Source of the DNA: Sedimentisphaerales bacterium
GTDB lineage: Bacteria > Planctomycetota > Phycisphaerae > Sedimentisphaerales > Anaerobacaceae
Direction of reading: 5' to 3'
DNA: 64,000 nucleotides
Assembly: GCA_040772485.1 (NCBI GenBank)
Contig: JAXGYC010000007.1
Coordinates: 512,001-576,000 of the forward strand
The position numbers and the translations under genes were made by a program. The stretch's first letter is position 1. Every line of letters starts with the position of its first letter. The notes beneath the pieces were generated by a model. The model did no database searches. It was given only the letters and a program-made list of their open reading frames with translations, and had not been told where the DNA came from. Below, piece by piece: positions 1 through 9,374 of the stretch.

Positions 1-255
1 GACGTTCTGGAGAGAGTACGCCAGTCCGATCAACAGAAAGAAGAAGCCGCTGCGATATCCCCGGCCGACAAACCCGATGGAGAACGCCGGACCCACGTAC
101 GTCGCGCACAGGCTGCCGAAGATCAGGGCCAGGGGAAGCGCACGCCGGGCGATGGAGAACTCCGCATACTCCCGTGCGGTCCGGGCGCGCGCGGCCACGA
201 CAATCAGCCCGACCACGTAGCCCGCCACCAGCGCCACCGAGACCACCGTATGCAC
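1..255 (-). CDS. Sodium:solute symporter family protein, N-terminal part (runs off the window edge)
   Basis: Hand translation from GTG at 255: VHTVVSVALVAGYVVGLIVVAARARTAREYAEFSIARRALPLALIFGSLCATYVGPAFSIGFVGRGY. A first TM helix followed by an F-x-x-A-x-R-x-L-P...S..AT pattern typical of SSS transporters. Not in the ORF track. Confidence 0.75.
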   Translation of the reverse strand, partial: MHTVVSVALVAGYVVGLIVVAARARTAREYAEFSIARRALPLALIFGSLCATYVGPAFSIGFVGRGYRSGFFFLLIGLAYSLQNV

Positions 256-330
256 CGTTTCGTTCCCTACCGTACTGTGCCACCTCCCGCCCGGCGTGAG
301 GGAGCGGGTCTGTCCACGCAGGTTCAGCCT

Positions 331-1410
331 CTATTCACGCCCGTCCTGAAACGCCTCTTCCTCCAACTCGCTGATCACGGCATCCAGGTCGGATTCCGTG
401 CGAATCCACCCGACCTCCGGATCGACCAGAAAGGATTGATACCACTGAATCAGGTTCTTGGCGAAATCGGCATCCTTGCAGTAGATGCCGAACGAAATCT
501 CTCCGGCGTGCGAACCCGCTTTGTGCGGGATCTGCGGAAAGGCCAGCAGCACCGCCTCGCGGCTCAGCAGAAATTCGATGTCGGAGACCTTGCTGCTGTA
601 GATGCGCAGCCGGCCCGATTCGATGGCGTCGGGATACTTGCGAAACAGATGCCGGGCGGCGTTGGAGAACCCGGGAACGCTGAGGTTCATCGCGCGATGC
701 ACCCGGACATCGGGATATTCTTCGATGATCGTGTAGAGCTGACTGAGATAGTCGTCCATGGGCTGCCGCTCGCCCTCGAACAGCATGCAGGTCCACAGCT
801 CGCCCTGCCCGGTCGCGTCCAACTGGTCCTCGCACATCCTCTTGGCGGCGTTGTAGGTCTCGCGCCGGCTGCCGAGCACCTTGAGCTGCCGCTGCATGAG
901 CACCTCCGCCCACACCGGCATGTCCTTGGGCAGCGCATCGGGCGGACAAACGCCCAGACGCGTCATCAGGCGGAGGAACTGCTTGTGATCCGAGCCGTAG
1001 AACCGCCGGCCCACCACGCTGCCGACGTTGCCGTTGCATTCCATCCCGTACCGCTTGTGGTAGCCGAACGACAGGCGGTGCACCGTGTACCCCCGCTCCG
1101 TCAGCTTCTTCTCGAGATCCGCGATCAGGGCGACCGCCTGTTTCTCCGGCGCCTTGTCCACCGACAGGTGGACGTTGGGGCACAGCACGATGGGCCGTTC
1201 GCCCAGCATGCCCACCAGGGCGCCGAACTCCTCGGCGGCCTGCTCCACCTCCTCCCGGCCGTCGTACCGCTCGATGCAGACGAACATCACCAGCACGTTC
1301 TCGAACTCCGCCCGCGGCTGCGGAGGCGAGATCGTCGCCGGATCGATGCGGTTGCTGGGCCGTTTGTCCTCGAAATAGCACGAGGAACACTGATAGCTGT
1401 CGATGATCAT
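331..1410 (-). CDS. Archaeal-type threonyl-tRNA synthetase editing domain (DTD-like fold) fused to a ~200-aa C-terminal domain of unknown function
   Basis: Residues ~35-137 (FENVLVMFVCIERYD...IVLCPNVHLS...LTERGYTVHRLSFGYHKRYGMECNG) follow the archaeal ThrRS N-terminal editing pattern LVAFISVE...YPFAHLS...G+NV.+APFGYYKAF.+.CKGH. No synthetase catalytic domain. Confidence 0.75.
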   Translation of the reverse strand: MIIDSYQCSSCYFEDKRPSNRIDPATISPPQPRAEFENVLVMFVCIERYDGREEVEQAAEEFGALVGMLGERPIVLCPNVHLSVDKAPEKQAVALIADLEKKLTERGYTVHRLSFGYHKRYGMECNGNVGSVVGRRFYGSDHKQFLRLMTRLGVCPPDALPKDMPVWAEVLMQRQLKVLGSRRETYNAAKRMCEDQLDATGQGELWTCMLFEGERQPMDDYLSQLYTIIEEYPDVRVHRAMNLSVPGFSNAARHLFRKYPDAIESGRLRIYSSKVSDIEFLLSREAVLLAFPQIPHKAGSHAGEISFGIYCKDADFAKNLIQWYQSFLVDPEVGWIRTESDLDAVISELEEEAFQDGRE

Positions 1411-1440
1411 AGCGTTACTTTTGATCCCCTGGCGACTCGG

Positions 1441-1764
1441 CTACAGGTTCGCATGGTTGCGGCTGCGCGCCGGGCTGCCGCTGGGACTCCGCGTTGACGC
1501 GCCGGCCTTCTTCTGCCGCGAGACAATGGCCGCGTCAACGCGCGAGATAAAAAGCCCCACGTCCGGCGTCATCACCTTGTCCCCGAAGCCGGCGCTGTTC
1601 ATCAGACGCACCATCTCCGTCGCCTCCCAGAAATCGTCCGACTCCCGGATGGCCTTCGCCTCCTCGCGCGTCAGCGATTTCAGAAACCCGGGCAGACACC
1701 CGTCCCGCAGCGCCATCCCATAGTCGGCCAGCAATTCCTGGATCTCTCGATTCACATTTGCCAT
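1441..1764 (-). CDS. Small hypothetical protein (107 aa) directly downstream of the ECF sigma
   Basis: ATG at 1764 (MANVNREIQELLADYG...), 26 bp after the sigma stop; ends 30 bp before the next gene. Confidence 0.65.
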   Translation of the reverse strand: MANVNREIQELLADYGMALRDGCLPGFLKSLTREEAKAIRESDDFWEATEMVRLMNSAGFGDKVMTPDVGLFISRVDAAIVSRQKKAGASTRSPSGSPARSRNHANL

Positions 1765-1790
1765 CGGTTGTCCACTTTCCACAGAAGACC

Positions 1791-2366
1791 TCAGTCCTCT
1801 TCGTCGGAATACTCTTTCATCATGCGCCGCAATTTCAAGATCGTCCGGAACTCCAGCATCTTGACGGCCCCCACCGTCGTCTTGAGCTGGATGGCGATCG
1901 CCCGGTTCGACATTCCCTGCATCCACATCTCGATGGCCTTGCGCTCGCGGGCCTTCAGCTTGCCCAGCATGCGATGCAACAGTTGCCGCAGCTCGGCCTG
2001 CTCGGTGATCTCGTGCAGGCCCATCTCCGGCGCCACCAGGTTCTCCAGGTCCGCCTGGGACAACGCCAGGTTCCGATTCATCCGCCGATACACCTCGCGG
2101 AGCCGCTTGCGCATGTAGTACAGATACACGGTGCGCAGCAGATGCGCGTCGTTGGCGATGTCACGCAAGTGATCCGGGTTTTCCCAAATGTCGGCATACA
2201 CATCTTCGAGCACATCCTCACATTCCACCTCGTTGCCGAGGTAGCGATACAAATGGCGGATGAAGACGTTGAACGTCGCCCGAACAAACGGTTCCATCGC
2301 CCGGCGACGCGACTCGGCATCCGGGCTCGTCAATCCCTTCAAGGCGTTACGCAGCCGCTTATCCAT
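1791..2366 (-). CDS. ECF-type RNA polymerase sigma factor
   Basis: Region-2-like HLYRYLGNEVECEDVLEDVYADIW and region-4 HTH KLKARERKAIEMWMQGMSNRAIAIQLKTTVGAVK; 191 aa from ATG 2366. Confidence 0.85.
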   Translation of the reverse strand: MDKRLRNALKGLTSPDAESRRRAMEPFVRATFNVFIRHLYRYLGNEVECEDVLEDVYADIWENPDHLRDIANDAHLLRTVYLYYMRKRLREVYRRMNRNLALSQADLENLVAPEMGLHEITEQAELRQLLHRMLGKLKARERKAIEMWMQGMSNRAIAIQLKTTVGAVKMLEFRTILKLRRMMKEYSDEED

Positions 2367-2459
2367 ATCCGGTTGTGTCGTTCTCCACTTCGCGATTTTG
2401 GCGGCCCCGGCGTCTCCAACAAAGCCCGGGGCGCGGGGCACCATACCCCGCAAACCCGT

Positions 2460-2488
2460 ATTGTATCGTGGATATTTGAGAAACTCAA
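2460..2488 (-). promoter_or_regulatory. Sigma70-like promoter (TTGAGT-17bp-TACAAT) with inverted repeat TTGAG-N3-CTCAA overlapping the -35 box
   Basis: Minus strand reads ttgagt-ttctcaaatatccacga-tacaat, about 95 bp upstream of the sigma ATG; palindrome at 2476-2488. Confidence 0.55.
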
Positions 2489-3756
2489 CCGGCAAACGGC
2501 CGCGTTGCCCCCCTGTTTCGGTTCCCTGGGTACGACCGCATCGGGCGGTCCATCCTCTTGTCCAACCGACCGCCGGAATCCTTCGGCGCCGCCTCGGACG
2601 GCGTCGGACCGGAGATCGGCACTTCACTGAAATGGGACTGAAGCCATGTCCCGGCCAGGATCGCCACGTCGGCGAAATCCACCCGGCAGTCTCCGTTCAC
2701 GTCCCCGGCCGGCGGCGATGCGCAACCAGCCACATCCGGACCGTCCAGCAGGGCCGCATAGATGTTCCACGGCCCCCGACGGTTGTCCTGCCAGAGGACC
2801 GTGCTGCCGCTGATGACCGGATGGATCTGGTCGCCGGGATCGTCCGTGATTCGGAACGTCCGCCGAGTGACCAGGTTGTGGCCGTAGATGTCCCATTGCC
2901 CGTTGCGGTTGTCCTGCCACACGACCAGGTGTCCTTCGACGTCCGGATGACGCTGGTCGCCTTCGACGGAGGCGATCGCAAGCTCGGTCACCTGATTCTG
3001 GTCGGAAATCCGCGCGCCGAAGATGTCCCAGTCCCCGTAGAAGTCGTCCTCCCAGACGACCGTGTCGGCGTGAACGACCGCATTCTGCTGGTCGCCTTCG
3101 AGCAGGACCACCGCGAATTCCGCCGGTCGATCGCGCATCAGGATGTCCGCCGCCACGATGTCGTTGTCGCCGAAATAGCTGTCTTCCCACACCACCGTGG
3201 TGCGCCAGATGGATGGCCTCTGCTGGTCGCCTTCGAAGGCGGCGACGACGAATTCGCTCGGCCGCTCCGGGTCTGTCACGTCAGCGCCGAAGATGTTGTA
3301 GTCGCCGCCGCTGGTGTCCTGCCAGACGACCGTGTTGCCGTAGATGGCGGGCCTCTGCTCATCGTTGGCGGGGATGTCGGAAACGATGTAGCCGATCGGC
3401 TCGTCGAAGCGGCTCAGGTCCGCCATGCGGATGTCCCAGTCGGACGAGTCGCCCCAGACGATCAGGTCCTGCCAGACGACCCGGTGTCCGTAGACGGCCG
3501 GGTGCATCTGATCGTTCGCGTCGCCAATCACAGTGACCAGCGGGTTCTCGATATCGTTGAAATCGACAACGTAGACATCGTAGTCGCCAAACTGCGAGAC
3601 GAACTCGTGCCATACCGCCACGGTGCCGTGCAGATCGGGGTACTCCTGATCGTCCGGTCCCGGAAGGATGGGCCACTCGGCCCACGGTCCGGCCTGGACC
3701 GCCGGTCCGAGCACCAGCAACAGGAGCCACAGCGTTCTACCTCGGCAACGGAACAT
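2485..3756 (-). CDS. Secreted beta-propeller repeat protein (Methanosarcina-type repeats) with C-terminal dockerin-like motif
   Basis: Signal peptide; repeated DQ..P.IYG..VVWQD.R.G.WDIY units; GDVNGDCRVDFADVAILAGTWL dockerin-like motif. Confidence 0.85.
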   Translation of the reverse strand: MFRCRGRTLWLLLLVLGPAVQAGPWAEWPILPGPDDQEYPDLHGTVAVWHEFVSQFGDYDVYVVDFNDIENPLVTVIGDANDQMHPAVYGHRVVWQDLIVWGDSSDWDIRMADLSRFDEPIGYIVSDIPANDEQRPAIYGNTVVWQDTSGGDYNIFGADVTDPERPSEFVVAAFEGDQQRPSIWRTTVVWEDSYFGDNDIVAADILMRDRPAEFAVVLLEGDQQNAVVHADTVVWEDDFYGDWDIFGARISDQNQVTELAIASVEGDQRHPDVEGHLVVWQDNRNGQWDIYGHNLVTRRTFRITDDPGDQIHPVISGSTVLWQDNRRGPWNIYAALLDGPDVAGCASPPAGDVNGDCRVDFADVAILAGTWLQSHFSEVPISGPTPSEAAPKDSGGRLDKRMDRPMRSYPGNRNRGATRPFAG

Positions 3757-6316
3757 CGTCTTCTTCCTTGGCCGGGCTCTCCGGACGACCCGCATTCACG
3801 GGAACCATCTGACCGTAGTGGGTGTTCGGATCGAGGTTCGGCGTCGTCTTCTCGACCGGCGCCTGCTGGTTCGCATCTTCCGACGCCGAGCTTTTCATCC
3901 GCTCGAGCACGTTGCTCTTGGACGACGCCGCCGGCGCCGCAGCGTCCGTTGTCACGGCGCCAGCGCCTGAAACACCCTGCGATCCAGCAGCGCCACCCGT
4001 CGTCCCGGCGGCCTCCTGCTTGTTCAGCACGTTCAGCAGCGCCTTCGCCGCCTGCGCGTTGCGGATATCCTGGCCCGCCTGCTCCAGCGGTCCGCGCGCA
4101 TACTCCATCTCGCCCACGCCCAGCAGGTGATAGCCCAGCAGAAGCTGGAGGTCCGCATCGAATCCATAGGCATCGACCTTGTCCAGCAGCTTCTCGAGCT
4201 GACCGAACAGAACCTCATCCTGCGAATAGAGGCCGCGAGGATAGAACACGCCCTCCTGCTCGGGCGAGGCGTTCTTCAGCGCCGCCCGCAGGGCCTCGGC
4301 CGCCTCGGAGTATTGGCCGTTGGCGAACAGCGCCTGGGCATAGGCGAACGGCAGGATCATGTCGTTCGGCGCCATGGACATGGCGGAGGCGAAGGCCTGC
4401 GCCGCCTCGGCATAGTTGCCGGCTTCGAAGCGGGTCACGCCCTCTTCGAATCGCGTATCGGCCTGTGTCGGGGCGCCCGGCTCTTTGGCCTGCTGCTCCC
4501 GGACTCTCTGCTGAACCCTCGCATAGGTCTCGGCATCAATCCCATACGGCAGGCCGCCCGAACTGGTCTGCGTCGTCTGGGTCGGGTAACCGCCGTCGCC
4601 GGTGTAGTAGTTGTAGGTGTAGTAATTGTACGTGTCGCCCTCGACCTCGCGCGGGATCGGGTAATAACCCATCCACACGTAGGGATGGTAGCCATACCAG
4701 TAGTACCGCACGTAGTCGTAATCCCAGGGCCACCAGCCGCCGAGGCTGATGAACACGTACTTGCGATGATAGTACGGATAGACCCAATGGTATCCGTGAT
4801 AGGGACCCCAGTCATAGTAGATCGGATAGTGGTATCGCGGCCAGATGATCCGATGGCACAGACGGTCGTAGTGATCGCGATAGACGTGCACGTGTCGCGG
4901 CTCATGACGAACGAGGTCCGGACGGTCGCGGTAGACCACCTGTGGCCGGACCGTGTGCTCGCGATGAATGCCGCCGAGGTCGCGCTGGACGACGCGGTCG
5001 GGCCGATGGCCGATGGACCGCTGCAAGCGCGGCTCCAGACTGGTCCGCTCCCGCAGTTCCGGGCCGGCGGTCCGAACACGTTCGTCGCGATCAACGGTGC
5101 TCTCGGTGCGAAGCCGTGCCGAGTCGGCCTTGCGGACACTGATGCGGTCGCGCGTGGCGTCCCGAATGCGGTCGATTCCCTCGCTGCTCGACGGCGAGCG
5201 CGACGTGATCGTCCGGCTGCGGTCCGCCGTAGCGTTGCGACTCATGTCACGACCGGACTCGAGCGCGCCGGAGCGGCTCGTCGACACAGAGTCTCCCGTT
5301 CGCGGCGTCGGATTCGGCCGCTGACGCTCCAAGCGCCCGACAATCTCGTCCCGCTGCTGCCGCGCATTCCGGCCGATGTCACTGGAACGGCTGCTCGATC
5401 GAGTCACATCTCTCGTCGGTGTCGAGCCGGTCGAAGGACTCTGAGGAGTCGGAGCTATCGTTCTCGTCTGCGGCGTCGGGGCCGGGCGATTGAAGACCGT
5501 TCGATCCCGCAGCCGCGAGTTGCTCGCTTCGGGCGATGGAGAGGCCTGCGTCAACGGCGTCATCGGCGTCGCCGACGGCGTGGCGACCTGGTCCATATCT
5601 CGCCTGCCGATGCGGCTGCCGATGCTGTTGGTCCGGCCCGGGCTCAACGTCCCTGACGGACTGGACACCGAGGGCGTTCGCACGATCGTCGAGCTGCCGG
5701 GATTGGGAGTGGCCGGCACGCTCGGCGAGATGCTCTCCGTCGAGGGTGTCAGCCGCCGGAAGGTGGTCGGCGTCCGCACATTGGAACGGATCGACGGGCT
5801 TGGTGCAACCGACCCCGACGAATTCGGCTGGCTCTGCCTGCTGATCGTGGGTTGTCTCTGGATGACCGACTCGCTTCGAGACGGAGTGGTGAACGACCGG
5901 CTCGGTGCCGAAGGCGCTGACGGTGCGGGCCGGCTGATGCTCGGCGACGGACTTCGCGTCGGCGTTCGGGTGACGGTGGAGTTGCTGCGCGTGCCCAACG
6001 AGCTGTTGCGGTTGATCTGCATCCTGGGCTGCGAGCCAACACTGATGCGCGGACTGACCGACCGGCTCGGAGCCATCGAGGGCATGGATCGCTGTGGCAT
6101 CGACCGCGGGGCCGACTGGATCGACCGGCTGGGCGCGGGGCGCGATATCGACGGAGCCGACCGGCTCGGCGACGACCGGCTGGCCTGGCCCCCGCCGCTG
6201 CGCGAGCCCCGCTCGCTCCGCTGGGCCTCGGCCGACGGGGCAAGCAACAAGGCCGCCCCCACGGCGATGGCCCCCGCTATCATCAAAGAATCGAATTTTT
6301 TCTTCGTCGAAAACAT
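3737..6316 (-). CDS. Secreted protein: long Ser/Arg/Pro/Thr low-complexity region, Tyr/Trp/His-rich segment, TPR-like C-terminal domain
   Basis: Signal peptide ending ...PSAEA; RBS aaggag; FEEGVTRFEAGNYAEAAQAFASAMSMAPND TPR-like helices. Confidence 0.8.
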   Translation of the reverse strand: MFSTKKKFDSLMIAGAIAVGAALLLAPSAEAQRSERGSRSGGGQASRSSPSRSAPSISRPAPSRSIQSAPRSMPQRSMPSMAPSRSVSPRISVGSQPRMQINRNSSLGTRSNSTVTRTPTRSPSPSISRPAPSAPSAPSRSFTTPSRSESVIQRQPTISRQSQPNSSGSVAPSPSIRSNVRTPTTFRRLTPSTESISPSVPATPNPGSSTIVRTPSVSSPSGTLSPGRTNSIGSRIGRRDMDQVATPSATPMTPLTQASPSPEASNSRLRDRTVFNRPAPTPQTRTIAPTPQSPSTGSTPTRDVTRSSSRSSDIGRNARQQRDEIVGRLERQRPNPTPRTGDSVSTSRSGALESGRDMSRNATADRSRTITSRSPSSSEGIDRIRDATRDRISVRKADSARLRTESTVDRDERVRTAGPELRERTSLEPRLQRSIGHRPDRVVQRDLGGIHREHTVRPQVVYRDRPDLVRHEPRHVHVYRDHYDRLCHRIIWPRYHYPIYYDWGPYHGYHWVYPYYHRKYVFISLGGWWPWDYDYVRYYWYGYHPYVWMGYYPIPREVEGDTYNYYTYNYYTGDGGYPTQTTQTSSGGLPYGIDAETYARVQQRVREQQAKEPGAPTQADTRFEEGVTRFEAGNYAEAAQAFASAMSMAPNDMILPFAYAQALFANGQYSEAAEALRAALKNASPEQEGVFYPRGLYSQDEVLFGQLEKLLDKVDAYGFDADLQLLLGYHLLGVGEMEYARGPLEQAGQDIRNAQAAKALLNVLNKQEAAGTTGGAAGSQGVSGAGAVTTDAAAPAASSKSNVLERMKSSASEDANQQAPVEKTTPNLDPNTHYGQMVPVNAGRPESPAKEEDDVPLPR

Positions 6317-6667
6317 CGTTGATCTCCTTTCCCCGGCGGCGGTTCTTCTTCTCCGGCAACCCGGGACTCCCCTTCCCGCATCACCGCCGGCACCCTACAC
6401 GCCTTGTGAGATCACTGTGGCCGCCAGCCCAAGATACACCGGACAAGCCATAAAGCCAATTGAAAAAAGAGCTTAAGAGCCGCGACGCCGGAACCGAGCC
6501 AATCCCATCCATGACCCCGTACTCCTGTCGAGACCCTCTTTTTCTACCCGCAAAAGGCCCCAAAGTTGCCCCCGGTCACATAAAAAAAGCCCGTGTGCAG
6601 ATTTTCCCCGTTTGGCCATACGGGCGCAGCGCTGCCGTCGGCACGGATCTGAGCCGGACCAGAGAGG

Positions 6668-8863
6668 CTATTGGGGGGATTTGCTGGCTTGGGTGGTGCC
6701 GCCGTAGGCGCCCATGTTGATGCGCGAGCCGTTGGGCGCCGGCTCGTCGCCGACGGGGTCGTCCGGATCGCCCGCGTCGATGCAGGGACTCGTGCTATCG
6801 TCGCGGACCCAAGTCTGCTCGTCGGGGTCCCAGCGGCCGGACTGCGACTGGAGGTGGAAATCGGCGCCGGCCGCGTCCGCAAAGAGCGGATCGGCGTCGA
6901 TGTTGCCGTCGCCCCACGCGACCGTCGACTGGCCGCCCGATACGGACACTGCCGCCCGCCCGCCTTCGATGTCGCTGTAGGACACGGTCACGTGCGAACT
7001 GCGATCCGCGATCTCCGTGTTCGAGCTGTCGGCCAGCGTGATCGGCTGCGGACAGTCCCAGATGATGCAGTTGACGAGCGTCGCGGTTCCGCCGCCGGGC
7101 GGCAGATTGTACGGCGGCCCCCACCGCCCGAGGTCGAACAGCCGCACGCCCCGCCCGCAGCCGACGATCGTGTTGTTCACCAGCAAGGCCTCGCACGAAT
7201 TCTCCACCGCGACGCCGGCCGCACTGCAATCGTAGATCACGTTGTTCATCAGCACGGGAGAGCACCGGCCCCGCAAGACTACGCCGTGGTCGTCGCTGCC
7301 CGCGATGACGTTGCCGACCAGCACCGCCGAGCAATTCGTCGGGTTGATCATGTCGTCGTGAGCCGGGTTCAGGAACACGTTGTTGCGCACCAGCGGCGGC
7401 GGCTCGCTCTCGCCCCACAAATCGACGTCGTCGTTGTCGCCCCGCTTGCCCGTGAAGAAGCAGTCTTCGACGAGCACGTACGAATACCGCGTGTGGATGC
7501 TCTGCCCGATGGCGAGGAACTGGCAGCCGGTGATGTGCGCGCTGCCGGGGCCCGGATGATTCGGGTCGTCCGAGGTGATCGCGATCGCGTCGCCCTCGGC
7601 GCCGCCGCTCGCGTCGGGCAGATTGCGAAAGACGCAGTCGTTGACATCGATGTGACAGGCCAGCGCCACGATCGCCTCGTGATAGTTGCGCGGCCCTTCC
7701 ATGTAGTAGTCCTGGTGCTCGCCCTCGCTGTCGGCATACTCGAAGATGCAGTGGTCGAGCCGGCTATCGTTGGCATCGACGAACCGGATCTGCTTCCACG
7801 CGGTGCCCGCGCCATGCTGCGTCACGAGAATCGGCTGCGCTTCGGTCCCCCGGGCCAGAAGCTGCCCGTAGACCACCAGCGAGACGCCGGATCGCATCAG
7901 CAGGGCCGTCCCCGGTTCGATCGTCAGCACGACGTCCGTCGGCACGGTGACGGTCTCGTCCACCACATAGGCGCCCGACAGAGTCGCATCGGACGCCAGC
8001 TTGCCCGCGATCCGGTTGTCGGGTGGAAGGTAAATGATCCTGGCCGAACCCGAATCGACCTCGTTGCCGGCGGCGTCGAGCGCGACGGCCGTCACCTCTC
8101 GCAAGCCCGCAGGCAGCCAGAGCCCGCACGTCCACGTCCCGTCGGCCGGGTCGAAGTCGATTTCGAAGCCGTCGATTGTCACCACAGCGGCCTCCGCCGC
8201 ATCGGTCCGCCCGCTCAACGTCACGATCTGCTCCGTGACGATCCACGCGTCGCCGGCCCGAAGCGTCTCGGACGGCATTCGCAGCACCGGCAGCAGGGAG
8301 AAGTCGCTGCTGCCGGCCGAGGCGTTGTGTCCCTCGATGGCCAGGACGTTGACGCCCTCGACGAGCAGATCGGCCGCCGGACCCAGCGTAATCGTCTCAG
8401 GCGTTCCGGCCTCGTGCGATGACGCGGTCGTCTCGAACGTCGCAGGTCCCTCGGGCACATTGCGCCGCGCCACCTCCCGCCCGTTCAGGTAGGCGATGAA
8501 GCCATCGTCGTAGTCGATCTCCAGTTCCAGCGCGCCGTCGCCGACAGGCGCTGCAACAGAGAACGTCGTGCGGATGTGCAGCGTCACGTAGCGACCCTGC
8601 ATGTCGGCCAGGACCGTGGCGTCGTCGTTGTCGCCATAGCCGAAGCCCGCCGGACCGGCCGGCCAGGCCGAATCGTCGAAGTCCGATTGAGTCCACGCCT
8701 CCGCCGGCTCGCTCGCCGCCTCCGCACCAGCCAGGTAGTGCCATGTCCGGCCGGCCTCGACGAGCGTCACCGTCTCCGACCCAAGCTGAATCGTCATCGC
8801 ACCAGCCCGACCCGCCATCGCCAGAATGCAGAGCAGCCCCAAGCGCATCCCAAACCGCGTCAT
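6668..8863 (-). CDS. Secreted right-handed parallel beta-helix protein with N-terminal beta-sandwich (DYDDGFIAYLNGREVAR) domain
   Basis: Signal peptide from ATG 8863 (RBS ggagga); beta-helix repeats (LVNNTIVGC, VNCIIWD); C-terminal DFHLQS...SPCIDAGDP...RINMGAYGGT motif. Confidence 0.85.
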   Translation of the reverse strand: MTRFGMRLGLLCILAMAGRAGAMTIQLGSETVTLVEAGRTWHYLAGAEAASEPAEAWTQSDFDDSAWPAGPAGFGYGDNDDATVLADMQGRYVTLHIRTTFSVAAPVGDGALELEIDYDDGFIAYLNGREVARRNVPEGPATFETTASSHEAGTPETITLGPAADLLVEGVNVLAIEGHNASAGSSDFSLLPVLRMPSETLRAGDAWIVTEQIVTLSGRTDAAEAAVVTIDGFEIDFDPADGTWTCGLWLPAGLREVTAVALDAAGNEVDSGSARIIYLPPDNRIAGKLASDATLSGAYVVDETVTVPTDVVLTIEPGTALLMRSGVSLVVYGQLLARGTEAQPILVTQHGAGTAWKQIRFVDANDSRLDHCIFEYADSEGEHQDYYMEGPRNYHEAIVALACHIDVNDCVFRNLPDASGGAEGDAIAITSDDPNHPGPGSAHITGCQFLAIGQSIHTRYSYVLVEDCFFTGKRGDNDDVDLWGESEPPPLVRNNVFLNPAHDDMINPTNCSAVLVGNVIAGSDDHGVVLRGRCSPVLMNNVIYDCSAAGVAVENSCEALLVNNTIVGCGRGVRLFDLGRWGPPYNLPPGGGTATLVNCIIWDCPQPITLADSSNTEIADRSSHVTVSYSDIEGGRAAVSVSGGQSTVAWGDGNIDADPLFADAAGADFHLQSQSGRWDPDEQTWVRDDSTSPCIDAGDPDDPVGDEPAPNGSRINMGAYGGTTQASKSPQ

Positions 8864-8995
8864 GAGAGTTCCTCCAAAACCCTTGCCCGCCGCCCACCCC
8901 GGGCCGACTCCTCCATTATACCCAATCCCGCCGCTGGTGCGTATCTCGTATCTCGTGAGGAACCGCAGAACGCTATGGCACGCCAATTCCGCTGT

Positions 8996-9075
8996 TCGTA
9001 GTGGCGTCGTAAGACGCTATCTCCCTGTCGGCTCGCCCCCCAAACCCTGCGCCCTCACGGGCACACTGCAAACGC
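8996..9075. repeat. Pair of GTAG-type REP-like hairpins
   Basis: ttcGTAGtggcgtc-gtaa-gacgcta and the inverted relative gccctcacgggcacactgcaaac; same family at ~10902, ~17002 and ~28392-28457. Confidence 0.6.
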
Positions 9076-9374
9076 CGCAGTTGCAGGTTGCGCTGCAATC
9101 TCCGCCAACGGTCTGCCCCCGAAACCATATCCCAGCCCACCATCCCCGAGCCGGCGTTTGAGACTGCCACGAGCCGCATCCACGCTGCCACCCATTTACG
9201 ATGCCGCCACAAGCGACGGCTCCAAAGCTGAGTCGTGTTTAACGAATACCCCGGAAATCATTCGCAATCCCACGCGGGGTGCACTATCCTGTTGTTTGAA
9301 AGGCCATGCGATGCCGTCGCGCATGGCTATAGGGGGACTGTCGGCTTCATGAGACCGAATGGGAAATCCCAATC

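Noticed and set aside
250..4749. Long plus-strand ORFs 250-1497, 1758-2630 and 2260-4749
   Set aside because: Antisense shadows of motif-bearing minus-strand genes, expected in high-GC DNA.
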